64,000 nt of DNA from Rhizophagus irregularis (lineage: Eukaryota): NCBI RefSeq assembly GCF_026210795.1, contig NC_089429.1, forward strand, positions 3,348,001-3,412,000, in the 5' to 3' direction. Below the pieces are notes generated by a model. It did no database searches and had not been told where the DNA came from. It saw nothing but the letters and a program-made list of their open reading frames with translations. Below are positions 51,165 through 63,600 of this stretch, piece by piece. Each line of letters starts with the position of its first letter. Position 1 is the stretch's first letter. Made by a program: the position numbers and the translations under genes.

Positions 51165-53073
51165 CTATCGGTGTCTTTCATGACAAGCCCAGTGCGCTCG
51201 AGTGCCTTCCTTTGGTTCAGGATTCCGGTCGACTTCTGGTTCTGTGTCGGGTTCTGGGATAAGTTGCTCTTCGGGAGCCGGTTCTGGGTCAGGCTTAGTG
51301 ACAGATGCAGAAGATTCTGCGGGAGACTCGGATTGTTGTTCAGGAGTTGGGTCCATGGTTGTAGAATCCGAGTCTGATAATAAGTCATCTAAGATGTCAT
51401 AGTTATCTGGCTCGGGGGCAGACGGTTTTTCAGGAACTGGGTTTGCGGTTGTAGAATCCGAGTCTGATAACAAGTCGTCTAAGACGTCGTAGTTATCTGG
51501 CTCAGGGGTAGACGGTTTTTCTTCCCTTGACTCTTGTGGGCGTTTTTTTAAGTGATCAGGCTTGGGTGGAAGCGGTGGAGGAGTCTTGCGAATTACAGGT
51601 GCAGGTTTTTCCTCGACAGGTTCGGGTTTTTTCTCGGCGGGTTTCTCGGCAACTAACTCTACTTCCTCTACTGGTGCTTTTTGTACGTCTTGTACATCTT
51701 GGATTACTTTACTAAAATTCTCCGTGATTTTTGCTTTATCTAGTATGTAATAGTTTATTCGGGCACCTGAACGTCTTGGGCGGGTTTTAGGAATGAATTG
51801 TTTAATCTCCATGCCAAACTTATTATCACTAAGTGTTTTGTTTTCGCCCTTCTCACTGCACCAATTCTGATAAGTGCTATAGAAATTTGTACACGAGATT
51901 TCAAGTGTGTCGCAATTGTCGGGCCACATCATTTCAAGGTAATATTGTATAAAACGCTGGGGATTTGGGATACTTGCTTCAATTAACTCCCGTTTCATTT
52001 GAGTATCAGGAATAGATCGGGGATTGAAGCTAGTTAAGTCTCGGCTAAGTAGATAGGACATGAAGGAACTGGCTGTATCCGGATTTTCTAATACTTTTAC
52101 GAGAGAACCGAAGTATTCTCTATTGCCTTTATATTTGGCTGAAACATTGAGAGCTACAAATCTTTCATCTCCCATTTCTATGCGGATTGGCATAGCATGA
52201 TTACTGAGGATCATGTAGCCAGCAAAGTCATCAATAACCTTTACATCTATCCCCTTTTCCTCAATAGAGATGTAAGACTCGGTGATTAAACTCTTGAGTC
52301 GGTTGTTTGCCGTGCCGTTCCTTGCCTGACATATCGCATTCATTGAGGATAATAAGTTTTTTGGCACGAACAGCCGCATTGAACCTTCCCATTACATCTT
52401 CAAGACGGGTAGTGGAGAGGAAGTTTTCACGGCCGAGAATACGTTCTCCGATAAAATCGGTTAAGATATTCTTACCACATCTGGGGGGACTGCGCATGAT
52501 AATTGCTGTACCGGGTTTTTTGTCTGGATTTTGAATTAGAAATGCGAGCCAGTTGAGGATGTATATGGTTAATTGCTTGTCCTCTGCACACCATACCTCA
52601 TGAACGTGTCGGATGATTGGATTAACTAGATTTGGTTTAATGCGCTCAGCGGGTTGGGCCCTGAAACCTAGGAAGAGATTGAAGAATTCAGGATTATACT
52701 TTGGTGCGTTTGGGGGATAAGGCATGAAGTTTACATCTGTATAACAGATCTTTGCGATTGAAGCTTGGAGAAGAAGATCCTTTAATTTTGTGGATGTGGT
52801 CGCGTCACTGTCTTCTCCGGTATCTGACCGAATAATTACCTTGTGCTTAGTAGAAATCCCCTTGAGATCTGCGGTGAACTCGAAGTATATGCTTCCATTG
52901 TAAGCCTTCTTTTTTCTAATCCACATGCTAAATTTTGTGGTGATGAAAGCCACAGAAGCCGAGATTGCTGAATTGACGCTTTCTTTCGTGTGTGTACCTA
53001 CACATTTTTTAAGAAGGTCATCGTAGAAGAAACGGTTGTTAGGGTTAAAGATTGCTGGAACTTGAGCGGCCAT
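51165..53073 (-). pseudogene. D5-like/SF3 helicase with winged-helix C-terminus and acidic Pro-rich tail (frameshift ~52312)
   Basis: FFNLFLGF, YILNWLAFLIQNP, SPPRCGKN (Walker A), LIILNE (Walker B), LKSLITE...MILSNH (motif C), FYSTYQNWC...SDNKFG. No primase domain is visible. Confidence 0.88.
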
Positions 53074-53939
53074 TTTTTGTTCTATCAAATCGAGTACTAA
53101 TTTATAGTTACCTAATCTTCAATTGCCGAATATATTTTTTCGAGTGAGATAGAGGGGCAGGTGTCCATAGCTTGAATCGGGTTTTAGAGTCTGAGGGGCT
53201 GACTAAGGTGTCCATAGTTCGGCTGCCATAGTTTGGGACATAGAGCGGTCATAGTTCGGTGGCTATAGCTCGGTGGCATGGTTCGCTGGCCAATGGGCGG
53301 CGGTCATAGTTCGGTGGTCATAGTTCGGTGGCATAGTTCGGTGTCCCAGGTAAGTAGATAAAGGGTGGTCATAGCTTGAATCAGGTTTTGGAGCCTGAGG
53401 GGCTAACTAAGGTGGCCATAGTATTATCATAAGTTTTTTGAACTGCGGCCAGTACTATGACCGGATATTCTGTCTGATTTTGGCTTTATTCGCGTTTTTA
53501 TCCACTTTTTAGTAGTCTGGTCATAGTGGTCATAGTGGTCATAGTAGTTTTATATATAAGAAAAAATGGAGTAAAAAAAAGAAGTTGGAAAGTACTGTGA
53601 CCAGCCATGGCCACTGTGGCCATGGCGGTAGTATATATCACAGGTCGAAATGCTAAAAATCGGCAAAAAAAATGGCGCGAAAAGCAGTGGCTATTTTTGG
53701 CTATTTTTGGCTATTTTTGGCTGTTTTTGGCTATTTACGAATTAACCTATACTATTTGTAAATAGTTTATACAAATTTGCGAATAGTTTATGCGATTTGC
53801 GCCATTTTTTTTGCCTATTTTTGATCATTTGACGTGTGTATGGAGAATTCTCTACCCCATGGAGGGGGGAAGGAGGTACTGCGAGGCCGTGAGGCCGAGG
53901 TGGGGTGAGCGTAGCGAGACACACTACCAGCCCGACGAC
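53071..53939 (-). repeat. Right terminal inverted repeat (contains a 200-bp MITE)
   Basis: Reverse complement of 5001-5668. Ends at the helicase ATG (53073-53071). Confidence 0.95.
53639..53838. mobile_element. 200-bp MITE (CACA termini, CMC-like) in the right TIR
   Basis: ~40-bp imperfect TIR CACAGGTCGAAATG...AAAAAAAATGGCGC; TSD TAT; absent from the left TIR. Confidence 0.9.
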
Positions 53940-54750
53940 AAAAATAATAAAATATAATAAAAAACGTTAAATTAAACGTTTTTTATTAATTTTTGTCAAA
54001 AAGTTTCGAAAAATCAAAACTTTACGGTAACCCTACAATAATATTAAAAAAAAAAACGTTTTTAATATTAAAAAATGTTTTTTAAAGTTTCGAAACTTTT
54101 GTTTTAAAACTTACCTTTGGAAATCGATATCTAAGTAGGAGCCGATTTCCTATATAAAATATAAAAAAAACGTTAGAAAACGTTTTTTTTATAAAGTTTC
54201 AAATTTTTTTTTCGAAACTTATCTGGGACATTGGTATCCACGCCAGAACCGATCTCCTTACAATAATATAAAAAAAAAAAATGTTTTTTCGTTAAAAAAC
54301 ATTTTTTTTAAATAGTTTCAAAGAAATTCTTCAAAACTTACCTTTGGAATTCAGTATCCAAGTAGGAGCCGATTTCCTATATAAAAGTATAAAAAAAACG
54401 TTAAAAAACGTTTTTTTTATAAAGTTTCAAATTTTTTTTTCGAAACTTACCTTTGGAATTCGGTATCCAAGTAGGAGCTGATTTCCTATATAAAAGTATA
54501 AAAAAAACATTAGAAAACGTTTTTTTTATAAAGTTTCAAATTTTTTTTTCAAAACTTACCTTTGGAATTCGGTATCCAAGTAAGAGCTGATTTCCTATAT
54601 AAAAGTGTAAAAAAAACATTAGAAAACATTTTTTTTATAAAGTTTCGAATTTTTTTTTTGAAACTTACCTTTGGAATTCAGTATCCAAGTAGGAGCCGAT
54701 TTCCTATATAAAAGTATAAAAAAAAATGTTAGAAAACGTTTTTTAAAGTA
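53940..54750 (-). repeat. Tandem micro-exon/intron array (host site, right part)
   Basis: Same family and orientation as 3000-5000; ~109-bp period, ~35-nt exons. Confidence 0.7.
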
Positions 54751-54930
54751 ATAGTTTTGCAAAAAAAAATTAATAAAATCAGAACGTTAACTAATATTCC
54801 GATTGAAAATATTAAATGAATAGTTAAAAAACATTTCGTAAAAAATAAAAATGTTAAAAATCAGAACATTATTTCTGATAAAAAATTAAAAAAAAATCCC
54901 AAAACATTTAAAACTGTTTTGTTTAGGAAT

Positions 54931-55194
54931 CTTTACAGAAACTTTAAGTTTTCAAGTGATATCATTTCGATATCATTTTGATATCATTTCAATATCAATT
55001 TAATATTGATACGATATCGAAATAAAGTATTATCACTTTGATATCATTTTGATATTAAATTGATATCGAAATGATATCAAAATGATAATAGAAATGATAT
55101 TGAAACAACATCTTTAAGTTTAGAAATGATACCGTTAAGATAAACTTAACGATATCGATTCTATATTGATTAAAAATGGTAAGTTTCTGTAAAG
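54931..55194. mobile_element. MITE-like element
   Basis: TIR CTTTACAGAAACTT / AAGTTTCTGTAAAG flanked by AT; internal GATATCATTT repeats. Confidence 0.65.
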
Positions 55195-55467
55195 ATGAAG
55201 TTAGATGAAGATAAAGTTTCGAAACTTTAGTTTAAATAAAGTCTAAATTCGGTAATAAATCAACTAATTGCCGGATTAAATTTACTGTAGCTGCGGCTTA
55301 GTACATCATAAGTTGATTTTAAAAAATCGTTTATTCAATTATTTACATTATCGATATATCGATATTCTACCAATTTTTATAAATCGACCATAAATCATAT
55401 ATGTCAAAATTTGAATAACTTCTGAAATTGAGCCGAAATGTGTGACAGATCTTTCGAACTTGTGCCA

Positions 55468-58400
55468 CACTGGTCAAAATCAATTCTATCGGGTACATAT
55501 CGGGTACCTATATATCGGTGGCTAATCGGATAAATATCAGGTATTTTTACATATCGGGTACCTGATATCTAAACTATTAGTCACTGATATGTATATCGGG
55601 CATTGATCTATCTTACACATATCAGGTACCCGATATGTATTTTAATACGTTAAGATTTTTATTTTGTATAACGTACTGTATTATTTATAATCCGTTTCAA
55701 CTAAAATTTTTTATTTAAATTCATTTTTTAGATAACTTTTATAAATAATTTTTTAAGAAATTTTAAAAGTCCATTTGAATAATATTTAATAGGGATTTTA
55801 TTTAAGAAACTTTTAGATTTTTTAGATTTTTTTGAGAAATTTTTTGAGTCCGTTTGGAAAAATTATTTTTTGAGAATTTTTTAACTAAGGGGATCGTTTA
55901 GAGCATTTTTTGATAGAGAATTTTCTAAGGGTTTATTTGAGAAAATTATTTTTTGAGAATTTTTTAATTGAAGGTATCATTTGATAAAAATTTCTAAGAG
56001 TTCGTTAGGGAAATTTTTTTGTATTTTTTAATTAAGGAAATTGTTTAGGGGCTAGTGCTCCTAACAGATCGGTTCAGACCTTCCTTTTTTTAAATCCTGG
56101 TCGTTCAGTTTCATCTCACGTCCAGGTTTTTTTTTTAAAAAAAAAGGGAATGTTAATTAGTACGTTCCCTTAAGTAAAAATAAAAAAAAAACAAAAAAAA
56201 GAAACGAACTTACCATAGTTCGTTCTTTTTTTTAAATCCTGGTCATTCAGCTTCGCTTCACGTCCAGGTTTCCTAAAAAAAAAAAGGGAACGTTAATTAG
56301 TACGTTCCCTTAAGTAAAAATAAAAACAAAACAAAAAAAAGAAACGAACTTACCATAGTTTGTTCTTTTTTTTTAAATCCTGGTCGTTCAGCTTCGCATC
56401 ATGTCCAGGTTTTCTAAAAAAAAGAAAGGGAATGTTAATTAGTATGTTCCCTTAAGTAAAAATAAAAAAAACAAAAAAAAAATGAACTTACCATAGTTCA
56501 TTTTTTTTAAATCCTGGTCGTTCAGCTTCGTCTCACGTCCAGGTTTCCTTAAAAAAAAAAGAAAGGGAACGTTAATTACGTTCTCTTAAGTAAAAATAAA
56601 AAAAAAACTTAAAAAAAAGGAACGAACTTACCATAGTTCGTTCATTTTTTTTAAATCCTGGTCGTGTTGTTAGACTTCGTTCATCCAGGCTTCCTACTAA
56701 AAAAGAAGGGAACTGTTAATTACGTTCCCTCAAGTAAAAATAACAAAAAAAAAGAAACGAATTTACCTAGTTCGTTCTTTTAAATCTTAGTCGTCCGGCT
56801 TCGTCCATTCATCCAGGAAAAGGTTTTTTAAAAAAAAAAATTTTTTTTTTTATTTAAAAAAAAATTTGATCTGAATCTGTTCAGATCGGATCAGATTTTC
56901 TTGTATTATAGGGCATTTCACTGGTTGAAATTTATGCTATTGGGTATTTAGTATATCGGTATATTTGATTGGCCGATCTACACATCTTTTTTTTTGTAGA
57001 TTCCGGGTAAGTCCTAAAAAAAAGGCCAAAAAAAAGTGAAAGTCCTAAAAAGACAAAAAAAATGACCAAGAAAAAAAGAAGACAGTGTCTTAAAAAAAGT
57101 GAAGACCGAAAGAAAGAAAAAACCGAAATGAAAGACCAAAAAAAAAGAGGGAGAAGTCCTAAAAAGAAAGACCGAAAAAAATGTAAAAAGTGTCTAAAAA
57201 TTTTGTTTTTTTATGTAAGAACGTTCATTAACGTTCTTTTACTGCTTTTTTTTTGTAGATTTTGGCCGGAACTTAGAAATGGAGATCGGTGAGTATTTTT
57301 AAAAGGAGTAAGCAAGTTTTTCTTTAATTTTTCATATGTAAGAACGTTTATTAACGTTCTTTTACTTTTCATTTTTTGTAGATTTCGGCCTGTGAACTTG
57401 AAATTAGGATCAGTAAGTGTTTTTAAAGAGGAAAGCAGGAGGTTTTTTTATGTAAGAACGTTTATTAACGTTCTTTACTTCTTTTTTTTGTAGATTTTAG
57501 CCTGCAATTCGGAAATAGGGACCGGTGGGTATTTGGAGAAGTAGGAGGTTTTTTTTTGTTTTTTTTATGTAAGAACGTTTATTAACGTTCTTTTATTTTT
57601 TTTTTGTAGATTTTGGTCCGGAACTCAGAAATGGAGACCGTTGGTGAGTATTTTTAAAGGAAGGAAGGGGATTTTTAAATTTTTCTTCATGTAAAAACGT
57701 ATATTAATGTTCTTTTATTTCTATTTTTTTGTAGATTTCGGCCCGGAACTCAGAAATGGAGACCGGTAAATATTTTTAAAAAGGGAAGTAGGGGTTTTTT
57801 ATTTTATTTATGTAAGAACGTTTATTAACGTTCTTTTATTTCTATTTTTTTGTAGATTTCAGCCCGGAACTCAGAAATGGAGACCGGTGAGTATTTTTAA
57901 AAAAGGGAAGTGGGGGTTTTTTATTTTATTTATGTAAGAACGTTTATTAACGTTCTTTTACTTCTTTTTTTTGTAGATTTTAGCCTGCAACTCGGAAATA
58001 GAGACCAGTGAGTATTTGGAAAAGTAGGGGTTTTTTGTTTTCTTTATGTAAGAACGTTTATTAACGTTACTTTACTTCTTTTATTGTAGATTTTAGCCTG
58101 GAACTTGAAAATGGAGACCGGTGAGTATTTCTAAATGTTTTTTTATATTTCTTCATGTAAGAACATTTATTAACGTTCTTTTACTACCTTTTTTTGTAGA
58201 TTTTAGCCCGGAATTCGGAAATGGTGACCAGTGGTGAGTATTTTTAAAGGGAGGAAGCGGATTTTTTTAATTTTTCTTTATGTAAGAACGTTTATTAATG
58301 TTCCTTTACTTCTTTTTTTGTAGATTTTAGTTCAGAACTTGGAAATGGAGACCGGTGAGTATTTCTAAAAGAGGAAGTTGTTTTTTTATATTTCTTCATG

Positions 58401-59879
58401 TAAGGACGTTAATAATGTTTCTTTTTTTTATCATTTTTATTAGGGACATGGATTCTTGGATAATAATACAAACTGTAAGTTGAGTGGATGAAGGAGATTC
58501 TAAATTAATATTTATTATTGTAATATTACGAAAAATCAGTGATTTAACTTGTTGACTGGTATATGCATGATAGGTTACCGATAGGTACCCGATATGTGAC
58601 TAATTGGTATATTTAAGTAGGGTTTTGTATTATTTAAAGCAATAAAGAGTTTAACTTGCAGTGTAATTCTAGTATAAATAGTATAAATGCATTTTATAAA
58701 TTATAATAACCCGGATTGATATGTTGGGGTTAAAATCTATGGCCCAATCAGAATTTGTTGTTGTAATCAAGCGATTGATTACATGATTTTGGTATTTATA
58801 TTTCGCACTTTATTTATTTTTTTTTTCTTTCGTAAAAACCTTTCTCTTAAACTTTTTATTTAAAACAAACTCTTTACTTAGTTATTATGAAATAATAATA
58901 TTATTATATTTTTTTATTTATTTTTATATTAGAAATAAACATAAAGGTATATTTTCATTATGCTTGTTTTTTTCTTTTATATATACATTTTCTATTGACG
59001 TTCTAATACTTTTTTTCTTTTCTCCCACTAATGTTTTTTACCACTTATTAACATTTTCTATTAATATTAAATACTACTAACATGTTTTTATTAACATTCT
59101 CGTATTAATATTTTCTATTTTACTAACTTTTTTTTCTTTCTACTAACATTTTTACTAACATTTTCTATATTTACCACTAACGTTTTTATTAACATTTCTA
59201 TTTTTATTTCTCTTATTAATTAATATACTTACTAATATTTTCACTAATATTTCTTTTAAATGTTAAACAGATAATTTTATTATCATTGCTACTTTCAGTA
59301 GAACTTTACATATTACATAGTATAATTATTTATTTTTAATGTTCAACTTTATTTGATTTTACGTATGTAGTAGATAGAGTAAGACTTGTATTATTGTTTA
59401 AATTTTAATAAAGTTGAATTTCATTTTATCTGAATTAAAATAAAAAAAAGAGATATATATCTATTAGTTTTAATATGAAATTTATAGCTACTAACTGATG
59501 TATTACAAATATTTTACTACCCGATATATGTGTGTTAAATATATGATATCTATAATATATATCACTGATATTTGACTACCCGATATGTATAAGATATATA
59601 CGTGATGTTTACAAGATATGTCACCAATATTTGACTACCCGATATGTATAAGATATATACATGATGTTTACAAGATATGTCACCGATATTTGACTACCCG
59701 ATATGTGTAAGATGTATATATGATGTTTACAGTATATGTCACTGATTTTCTACATTTCTACTACACATATCGGGTACCTGATATGTGTAGTATTGTTAAA
59801 TATCATACACATATATCACATATATTATACACATATCAGGTACCCGATATGTACCCGATAGTATTAATTTTGACCAGTG
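55468..59879. mobile_element. 4.4-kb non-autonomous CACTA-type element carrying micro-exon arrays
   Basis: ~41-bp TIR CACTGGTCAAAATYAATWCTATCGGGTACATATCGGGTACC; TSD CCA (55465-55467, 59880-59882); TACCCGATAT subterminal repeats. Confidence 0.9.
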
Positions 59880-60643
59880 CCAATTTGTCCATGCCCAAAA
59901 GTTTTGATTTTGACCAATGCAATTTGATATAAAAGTGCCATAAATCAGACAATATTAGGCAAATTTTAAGCTGTTAATCAAATATGATAATTTTTTGCTA
60001 AATTTTTATTGAATTTTTATTGAATTGTCAATTTTTCATAAATCTGAAGTACATATTTGAATATTGTAAATTTTAGGTTGATTTTTTGATTTCAACCAGC
60101 ATCAATCAGCCATCAATCAAATATGATGATTTTTTGCTAAATTTTTATTAAATTTTTATTGAATTATCAATTTTTCATAAATTGGAAGTACATATCACTA
60201 GTCGAAATAAGGCAAATCGGAAGTAAGGTAAATCGGCCAAATTTCGGCCAAATTTCAGATAAATTTCGGATATGATCGATAATCGGCTGACATTCGGCAT
60301 AGCTGATTTGTGGTGCAAAATTCCGATTTCGGATATGATTGATAATTGGCTGCATATCAGATGATATTCGGCATAGCCGATTTGCGGTGTAAAATTCCGA
60401 TATTTGTTTCAAATTCCGATGTTTGCGCATTATAATATTTCGACATTCCGATAATTATATTATATGTAAATTAGACATTTAATAATTCTGATATTTGTAT
60501 TGTATTGTTTTAACATTTAATAAATTTCGATATTTGTATTATTTGAAATTTGTATTATTTTGAAATTTAATAAATTCCGATATTTGTATTATTTGAAATT
60601 ATATGTCATTTCATCAAAATAAAGTTCGAAAAAGATACTAATT

Positions 60644-63600
60644 TCAGCGAATATGAAATTTTCTATTGACTGGATTTACCGCTAAATAGACGTTTGAACT
60701 TCTCCTGCCTGAAATTCGGTATTTCGTTGGTATAAATCGGCCAAGAATATGATGAACTGGAATAATACAGTCGCGGGATTCTAGGTAAAACTCGGTACCC
60801 CATAATTCAACATTGCATATTTCGTCATCTCTAACTCTGAAATGATACCAAATATTTGATGATTCTGCAGGTTTATACCAGCGAATAAATGCTAGATTAT
60901 GTTCGGATAACCCATCCGGCAAATTAACGGCATGTGTAAAAAAGTATTGGACTTGTCCAGGATAGCAATTGATATCACCACTTTCTGTCATAAATTTTGC
61001 CAAGATAAATGAGCTTTTTACATGACGTGATGATATCGAAGAGCTGAATATTTCAGAACCAATTCGGCACCTTCCAAATTGATTCATTTTAACTTGAACT
61101 ATTATCGAATCTTCTACACCTCTCTAAATGGTTTCTGAAATTCCATCGTTTCGTAGCTCGCCATGTAGTATTCAACTATTAAGTCAAGCATATCACTTGA
61201 AATTACAATATCGTTAAATACTGGTCTGAGCATTTCGCCCAGAAATGCTTCTTTTCCTGTGGTGGTCAATTCATGAATGTTTCTTGAAGTCAACCAAAAT
61301 CGCCTCATTTCATCAGCAGAAAATTGGTCGGCTTCTGATAGAGATCAAACAGATGGTCTATTACTAATCAAATCTAGGCCCTTTGATTCCACGCTGGAAT
61401 TAATGATATTACTGATTTGATTATCAAACATCAGGCGGCGCATAATTTCCGGTTCAATTTTCCTTCTGCTATTCAGAAAAGAGCCTAAATTTATTTTAAA
61501 CAAAAGTTGATAAAAATGCATTATTTTAGAAAGTAACAAAAATATTTAAAATATTATACCTAGCATGCCATTCATGCGCTCAAAGGAAAAACACCAGAAT
61601 GTATATAAAGGTCCATAGTCGAGTGAGCATTCACATAAGTGAAGTGATAAATGTAAATTCGGTGTGATTTTATCACGACCGTAATTTTCTTCTATCAACT
61701 TTACTAGGTTAATTAGCCTCTGATGCGCCTCTCTCATGAAATCAACTTCTACAATTCGACTTACTGAAATTGAACAAATTCTCACAAAATTCACGAGAAT
61801 CTTCTGGTCATTCTCAGAAAGATGTTCCCAGAGAGAGACCGTTGCATATATTGTAAAAAATATTTGCCATTGATCTGCAGTAAAATTTGAAAACCCATCT
61901 CCACAATCGACTTTTCCCGGGATTCGACCCAAGTCAGCTGGAACTTTAAATTCATCCATTTTTTTCTGAACTGTTTTCAAAATATGTGTTGTTAATATGC
62001 CATTTTCGATTCAAAGTCTTCTTACAATCCATTTTGCGATGTCCAGAAACAAGCAGTGCATCGGGTCGATTGTAATGAACCGAATTGAATCGAAATATGG
62101 TAGACGCAATAATTCAGACCATCTAACTCCAGTTTGCTTTACAAATCGTTTTTTTGCTGCGTCCGAATTACAGCGTCTCCATCCTATAGCATCTTGACGA
62201 TGTTGAGCTGAATCACGGCAAGTAAACCATTCGTCTATTTCATTTATCTCAGCGAAATTATGCTGCCGATTTTCATAATTCGCCTTCTTTTCGCATCTAT
62301 GACATGACACCAAAGCGGAAATATGTCCGCAAATTTTTCTTGCAGCCGGTATGTCACATGAAACAAGAATCAGAGCTGCGCGAATTCTTTTCCCTTCTTG
62401 ACATTCATACGTTTGATTTAATGTCACTCCTTCCCAAAGTGACTTCAACTCATCAATGATTGGCGCCAGATAGTGATTAATCTTATGTAAACTTACTTCA
62501 TCTGGGCCGGGTAATAAGCCAAAAATCAAGATATTATTACGCTTGAATCTGACATCCCTCGGAAAATTACCGATTGCAGCGTATATTACTCCGGTGCTGT
62601 GGATTGTGCCGTCGAAGGGTTGAAACCAATCCAAATTCAAAATCAATCCGAGGTGCGAATCAGCAACATCAGATCGGAAAAAATTATTCAAACTTTCATC
62701 TGTCGTTTCTTTAAAAGTTTTCCAAACTTCACCATCGTATATATCAGTTAGGATATTATCGAAAGTTGGACGATTTATCCAATGCCTTAGAGAATTTTCA
62801 AAGTTAGGTTGACGATACTAAGGTTGCTTGCCAAAACCTAGAGGTTTAGGCAAGATGGCGTTTTGCCGAAAAGCGAAATTCTGCCGAAACTATATTAAAG
62901 TTATATTAAAAAACTGGCGAAACTTTGGAGAAAGGCGAAACTGCTGAAACTTATTATAAATGCCGAAACTGCCGAAACTCTGCCAAAACTATAATAAATC
63001 TATAGTAAAATTTTGACGAAACTAATCGTAGGATTTTGAAGAGGTTTAGACAAGCAACCTTAGACGATACATTGCTTCCAATTGCTGCTTAATACTCACA
63101 AACGGAAATAATAATTCAGGTTTGATTGAAATTTGGTTATTTAACAATGTTGTTTTCTGTGCCAAAGGTGTTTGGCACAACCTTAATCTTTGAGTTGTCA
63201 AATTAGGAAATTCGACATGGCAACACTTCATGATGGCAGGTTGCTCATTTTGGAGAAAACTTTTTATTTCCTGTTTGTTGTATAATTTGTGGCATTTGGA
63301 ACACGCCACAAAACTATGAAACTGGTCTTCAAGATTAAGGGCTTTTCTTGCTAGATATAAAGTGTCAGGAAATGTGTCAAAATCAGGACTACCGATTTCT
63401 GTTAGAACAAGCTTCAAGAATTTTATCAATGATTCTGTAGCTGTTTCTGGTAAGTTAAACCTGGTTCAGAAGCTTATGATCCATAATAATATCCATAAGA
63501 ACCGATTATTTATTGATTGTTCAGTATCAGAATCTTGAAATATTTCGAAAGGTGGACATGAATAATCTTCAAAAATTTTGTGGTATTCGTCATCATTGGA

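Larger units (their letters stand above)
5001..53939. mobile_element. Polinton/Maverick-like integrated dsDNA element (pPolB, SF3 helicase, A32 ATPase, integrase, Gag-like protein, retropepsin), interrupted by nested insertions
   Basis: Long TIRs: GTTGTCGGGCTGGTAGTGTGTCTCGCTA at 5001 and TAGCGAGACACACTACCAGCCCGACGAC ending at 53939. Both flanks are A-runs (possible AAAAA TSD) and the same host repeat array resumes on both sides. The arms (5001-13196 and 46665-53939) are intron-less, GC-richer and gene-dense. Termini are uncertain by 1-2 nt. Confidence 0.9.
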
